Shown: piece after piece, positions 59,758 to 64,000 of the stretch
Layout of the letters: every line of letters starts with the position of its first letter
Numbering within the stretch: position 1 is the first letter of the stretch
Assembly: GCA_014727915.1 (NCBI GenBank)
Contig: WJMO01000005.1
Coordinates: forward strand, 447,243-511,242
Origin: Candidatus Altiarchaeales archaeon
GTDB taxonomy: Archaea > Altiarchaeota > Altiarchaeia > IMC4 > SCGC-AAA252-I15
DNA length: 64,000 nt
Direction: 5' to 3'
Made by a program: the position numbers and the translations under genes
The notes under the pieces: model-generated
What the model saw: the letters and a program-made list of their open reading frames with translations, nothing else
Databases searched by the model: none
What the model was told of the DNA's origin: nothing

Positions 59758-60903
59758 TTAGGTGCGTGATAGCATGCGGCCTATCAGGGTATTCCTCAGA
59801 TCCACTGCACTGTGGGGGCAGAGCTCATGGCAGCAGTAGCAGCGTATGCACTTTTCCAGGTCCATGCGAGCCCTATCCCCCATGGTGATCGCATGGGCGG
59901 GGCAGTTTTGGGCGCATACTCCGCACCTGACGCATTTGCTGTTGGAGTCCGGGTAGGGTGCCATGTTCTTTAGCATCACCTTCCGCATCAGGCTGCTGGA
60001 CATGAGCCGCCCAACCAAGCCCATCCTATGAGACGGCTGCTTGAAGGACGTCTTAACCGAATCAATACTCTCACCAACCACTCCCACGTCTGACAGTTTT
60101 CCAGAGACCATGCCACGCTCAATGGCCCTCTTTAGAACTGGCACGTCAGCCGGATTCATCCCCGCTATGGAGGCTGCGACGACGTCCAATGCCACGCTAT
60201 CCCTGCCTGCGAGGATAACCCCCGCTTCCTTGGGTGTTCCGCTGGCGCCCGGGCCGTCACCTTCCAAGCCGACTATGCCGTCCATCAAGGACAGGGAAGG
60301 CCTGACATACTCCAGCAGGTCTAGTAGCATGTCGCTGAATTCCATGACGTCATGGAATTTGAGATGATATGCTGGCTTGGCCAGGCCCGGTATCACCCCG
60401 AAGAGTATCTTAGTAGCTCCTGTGAACTGTGTGAATAGGTGGGTCTTCATCTTGGGCAACGTTATCACATGGTCGACTTCAGCTAGCACGGCCATAACGT
60501 CCAGGCGCTTGATCAGCTTGCCCTCCGGGAATGCGATCTGCATGTTCTCCGTGTCATAGTTCAGACCCGCACCAGTCTCCTCTGCGACCCTGGTCATCCC
60601 CGTTCGGCCATATAGCCTATCCAGTATCTTCCTGGTTACAGGCCCTCCCGGAGTGTCCCCTATTATCGGTGAGGCGCCCACTGACTTAACCTCTTCCACT
60701 ACTGCCTTGACAACCGACGGGTGTGTTGTCACATGCCTGTCTGGCGACATCGCAGACAACAGGTTAGGCTTTACGAGAACTTTGTCGCCGACGCCTATGA
60801 TCGAGTTCAACCCGCCAACCAGGGATATCGACTTAGAAACAGCGGTTTGTACTTCTTCTTCAGCGTATGAATCGCATTTCACAACAGACACTCGCCCGTT
60901 CAT
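59758..60903 (-). CDS. DUF362 + 4Fe-4S ferredoxin protein
   Basis: VLVKPNL, TTHP, PKMKTH motifs and two CxxCxxCxxxCP clusters. Confidence 0.92.
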   Translation of the reverse strand: MNGRVSVVKCDSYAEEEVQTAVSKSISLVGGLNSIIGVGDKVLVKPNLLSAMSPDRHVTTHPSVVKAVVEEVKSVGASPIIGDTPGGPVTRKILDRLYGRTGMTRVAEETGAGLNYDTENMQIAFPEGKLIKRLDVMAVLAEVDHVITLPKMKTHLFTQFTGATKILFGVIPGLAKPAYHLKFHDVMEFSDMLLDLLEYVRPSLSLMDGIVGLEGDGPGASGTPKEAGVILAGRDSVALDVVAASIAGMNPADVPVLKRAIERGMVSGKLSDVGVVGESIDSVKTSFKQPSHRMGLVGRLMSSSLMRKVMLKNMAPYPDSNSKCVRCGVCAQNCPAHAITMGDRARMDLEKCIRCYCCHELCPHSAVDLRNTLIGRMLSRT

Positions 60904-60945
60904 GTCAATGCTTATAAATACTTCGAAAATAAATATAATTCGACG

Positions 60946-61152
60946 ATGGACGTGGCAGACGAAGACCAGGCCAAGAAGCAGAGGATACTTTTTCTGGTGG
61001 TTGGAGCGGTTGCAGGCGGGATTCTTGGCCCGTTCATGCCATTCATAAACGACATGTTCCTGGGCAGCGCCATAGGCATCGTGGCCGGAGTTCTGATAGG
61101 CACCAAACTCATACCAGACGAAACCAGCAGCAATTTCAGGGGTTACGAGTAG
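60946..61152 (+). CDS. Small Gly-rich 2-TM membrane protein
   Basis: Two hydrophobic GxxxG helices, directly abutting the next gene. Confidence 0.6.
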   Translation: MDVADEDQAKKQRILFLVVGAVAGGILGPFMPFINDMFLGSAIGIVAGVLIGTKLIPDETSSNFRGYE

Positions 61153-61695
61153 ATGAGCGACGAAGACGACATCAAAAGGGCTGAAGACCGTCTTGAAGAG
61201 GATGAAAAGAAGCTTCAGGAGATCGAGGACGAGGAGAAGGACCTGGAGGAGAAGGATGACGAGCTTGAATCCCTGATAAGAAAGCGTGACGAAGAGCTTA
61301 AGGACCAGGAGAAGAGGCTAGAGGACACGCGAAAGTCGGTTGAGAAGAAGGAAGTCGAGCTCGCTGAAAAGGAAGCCAAGATCAAGGTTATAGAGGAGCG
61401 GGAGAAGAGGGTCCAGCATGATAAGGAAGAGCTTGAAGCCCGGCTGAAGGACAGCGAAGGCGCCGAGGAGGGGGATGATTTCGAGGATATAAAGAGGAAG
61501 GTCGATGAGAAGGAGAAGGAACTGATAGAGAAGGAGGTCCTCATAAGAGAGGCTGCCAAGAGGGAGAGGGAGCTTCAGGAGAAGGAGAAGGCCCTTGACC
61601 TGGCTCTCGAGGAGAAGTCGAAGGAGTTGGAGAAGCGAGAGAAGGAATTGGAGGCCTTGGAGGACAAGATCGATCGCGCTCTCCAGGACTCGTGA
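61153..61695 (+). CDS. E/K-rich coiled-coil protein
   Basis: Heptad pattern, paralogous to the start of the next ORF. Confidence 0.8.
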   Translation: MSDEDDIKRAEDRLEEDEKKLQEIEDEEKDLEEKDDELESLIRKRDEELKDQEKRLEDTRKSVEKKEVELAEKEAKIKVIEEREKRVQHDKEELEARLKDSEGAEEGDDFEDIKRKVDEKEKELIEKEVLIREAAKRERELQEKEKALDLALEEKSKELEKREKELEALEDKIDRALQDS

Positions 61696-61813
61696 AGACC
61701 CTGCTTTTTAGCGTTTGAGTGGTGATAGACGCTTAATCTGCGTTTTTTCCAAAACTGTCTTTTAAAGATTAACACATCATATTTAGTATTTAACATAATG
61801 GTGGGCTACCAAC

Positions 61814-64000
61814 ATGTCCGACGATCGTGATAGTTCTTCGAGGGGGGATACACGCCGTGTTGAGACGCGCAGGAAGAGCAGTGAAGACCGTAAGAAAGAG
61901 CTTGAAATCCTCATAAAGAGGCGTGAGGAAGAGCTGAAGGACAAGGAAGAGCAGCTAGAGGAGACGCGCAAATCCGTGGAGCGCAAGGAGAGGGAGCTCA
62001 GGGAGAAGGAGGACAGGATAGACCACATCGAGGACCGGGAGAAAAAGCTCGAGAAGGAGGAGGACGAGCTTGAGGGCAAGAAGAAGCTCATCGAAGACCG
62101 TGAGAGAGTCCTTGAAGCCCGTGAGCGCGAAGTCGAAGAGCTTAGGAGCAGGGTCGAGGACCGGGAGAAGGAGCTTGCCGAAAGGGAGCAGCGCGTCAAG
62201 AAGGCAGGCGAGAAGGAGAAGGAGCTCGAGAAGCGGGAGAAGGAGCTCGACGACATCATCCGCGAGAAGAACCGCGAGCTGGACGAGCGTGAACGCGAGA
62301 TTTCTGAGACTAAGAAGCTGATAGAGAAGAAGAACCGCGAGCTGGACGACAAGGAGGAGAGACTGCGGGACATAGAATCAAGGGAGAAGAAGCTGAAGGA
62401 CAAGGAGCTTTCAGTGGAACGAAAGATCAGGGACCGAGAGGACGAGATAAAGAAGAAGGAGTTCAGCCTTGAAGGGGTGAAGAAGGCCATCGAGGAGAGG
62501 ACCGGACTGCTCAAGAACAAGGAGATGGAACTCCACGAGGCCAAGAACATCGTCGAGCTTAGGGAGCAGAAGATCGCCGAACGCGAGCAGAAGCTAAACC
62601 AGATAACCAAAATAAGGCAGAAGGAGATAGAGGAGAAGGAATCCCGGCTCAAGGACATGGAGGCCCGGGAGAAGTCCCTACAGCAGAAGATAGAGGAGAA
62701 GCAGAAGAGCCTGCAGGAGCGGGAGAATCACGTCAAGGACATGGAGGCCCGGGAGAAGGAGATCCGAGAGCGGGAGAAGGAGCTGGAGCAGTCGATGGTC
62801 AACATCGACGACCGGGTGAGGCAGGTAATCAAGAAAGAGGACCAGGTCAACAGGGAATGGCAGAAGATCGAGGCCAAGGAGAAGGAGATATCCGAGAGGG
62901 AGAAGCAGCTTGACAAGGCAATAGAGGAGAAGGAGGACGAGCTCAGCTGGAAGGAGCTGAAGATCGAGGACAAGCTCAAGTCTGTGGAGGAGCAGGAGAA
63001 GAAGTTCACCGAGAAGCAGAAGAACATAGAGCAGCGCCTCAAGCAGAGGGAGGTCGAGGTCGACAAGAGAGAGCAGGACTTCAACGAGAGGGTCAAGCAG
63101 TTGGAGACCCGAGTTCGCAAGCTGGTGGAGCGGGAGCAGACCGTCAAGGACAAGGAGACCTCCCTTATGGAGGAGGTCAGGAAGAAGGAGAAGGCCATAA
63201 ACGACAGCATCGCCGAGCGCGAGCGGCAGATAACCGAGGACATCAAGCAGAGGGAGAAGGACCTGGAGGAGAAGGAGCACCGGATGGAGGTGCGGGAAAA
63301 ACAACTAGGCGAGAGAGAGGGCAGGCTCAACATAAGGGAGAACGAGATCAAGGATAAGGAGAAGGGTTTTGTCAAGCAGGAGCAGGACCTACAGGAGAAG
63401 ATCAAGCAGCGGCAGGCGGAGCTGAAGGACAAGGAGGAGCAGCTCCGCATAGCAGCCGAGCGCGAGACCCACCTCAATTCAAGGAGCAGCGAGCTGGAGC
63501 AGAGGATAAAGGACCGTGAGAAGTATCTTATGCAGAAGGAGGAAGAGTCGAAAGAGTTCGAGGACCGGGAGAAAACCCTGAAGCAGAAGCTCGACGAGAT
63601 CGGCAGCCGCGAGGAAGACATAAGGGCCAAGGAAGCCGATCTGGAGAAGAAGTCCGTGGAAATCGACGGGAGGATGAAGACCCTCCAGGAGAGGGAAGCA
63701 GACCTGGGCAAGAAGGAGCTGGAGCTGAAGAGCCTCGCCAACACCGCAGAGCAGAGGAGCAAGGAGCTCGAATCCCGGGAGAAGAAGATCAGGGAGTTCG
63801 AGGAGCGGGAGGCCGAGCTTAACCAGAAGTCCGCGGAGTTCAAGGAGACCATAGCAGCCAAGGAGCGGATGTTGGCTGAGAAGGAGAAGGAGGTCAACGA
63901 CCTGCAGGGCCGCATACAAGGGAAGGAGAAGGAACTCAACGACAAGGCAGCCCAGCTGGAGAACATGAAGAAGACCCTCGTAGAAAGGGAGAAAGAGCTC
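61814..64000 (+). CDS. Giant E/K/R coiled-coil protein (>=729 aa, runs off window end; absent from ORF track)
   Basis: ATG at 61814 (MSDDRDSSSRGD..ELEILIKRREEELKDKEEQLEETRKSVE). No stop seen. The long Ser/Phe-rich antisense ORFs are its shadows. Confidence 0.88.
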   Translation, partial: MSDDRDSSSRGDTRRVETRRKSSEDRKKELEILIKRREEELKDKEEQLEETRKSVERKERELREKEDRIDHIEDREKKLEKEEDELEGKKKLIEDRERVLEAREREVEELRSRVEDREKELAEREQRVKKAGEKEKELEKREKELDDIIREKNRELDEREREISETKKLIEKKNRELDDKEERLRDIESREKKLKDKELSVERKIRDREDEIKKKEFSLEGVKKAIEERTGLLKNKEMELHEAKNIVELREQKIAEREQKLNQITKIRQKEIEEKESRLKDMEAREKSLQQKIEEKQKSLQERENHVKDMEAREKEIREREKELEQSMVNIDDRVRQVIKKEDQVNREWQKIEAKEKEISEREKQLDKAIEEKEDELSWKELKIEDKLKSVEEQEKKFTEKQKNIEQRLKQREVEVDKREQDFNERVKQLETRVRKLVEREQTVKDKETSLMEEVRKKEKAINDSIAERERQITEDIKQREKDLEEKEHRMEVREKQLGEREGRLNIRENEIKDKEKGFVKQEQDLQEKIKQRQAELKDKEEQLRIAAERETHLNSRSSELEQRIKDREKYLMQKEEESKEFEDREKTLKQKLDEIGSREEDIRAKEADLEKKSVEIDGRMKTLQEREADLGKKELELKSLANTAEQRSKELESREKKIREFEEREAELNQKSAEFKETIAAKERMLAEKEKEVNDLQGRIQGKEKELNDKAAQLENMKKTLVEREKEL

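Noticed and set aside
61783-63966. Long Ser/Phe/Leu-rich - strand ORFs
   Set aside because: Shadows of the GAG/AAG-rich + strand coiled-coil gene.

Overview
Gene-dense, GC-rich archaeal chromosomal segment. Archaeal markers include isopentenyl phosphate kinase, GHMP shikimate kinase, aIF5A, a single-OB RPA/SSB, Sec11-type signal peptidase, an AglB-like protein and TATA promoters. An Altiarchaeota-like lineage is my impression only. It has about 65 CDS, mostly housekeeping (proB, prs, thrC, ppsA, ppdK, pyk, pyrG, argD, tyrA), plus a GT-C glycosylation/surface-protein cluster and one tRNA-Lys(TTT). I saw no CRISPR array, transposase or prophage. The best novel signal is non-coding. A promoter-driven ~200-nt structured RNA at 28066-28265 has ends that form a canonical bulge-helix-bulge (BHB) motif. 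This predicts excision by the tRNA-splicing endonuclease and ligation into a 181-nt circle, whose new junction loop is complementary to an internal hairpin loop. Two more unannotated end-paired RNAs lie at ~32632-32717 and ~57460-57577. Other oddities: a local strand-skew inversion around an AT-rich tract (possible origin), a HipA/PI4K-like kinase split over two ORFs, TyrA with an FDX-ACB-like tail, receptor-like membrane proteins with PIN-like or wHTH cytoplasmic tails, and a giant coiled-coil ORF missed by the ORF track. All family assignments come from motif recognition by eye, not database searches.
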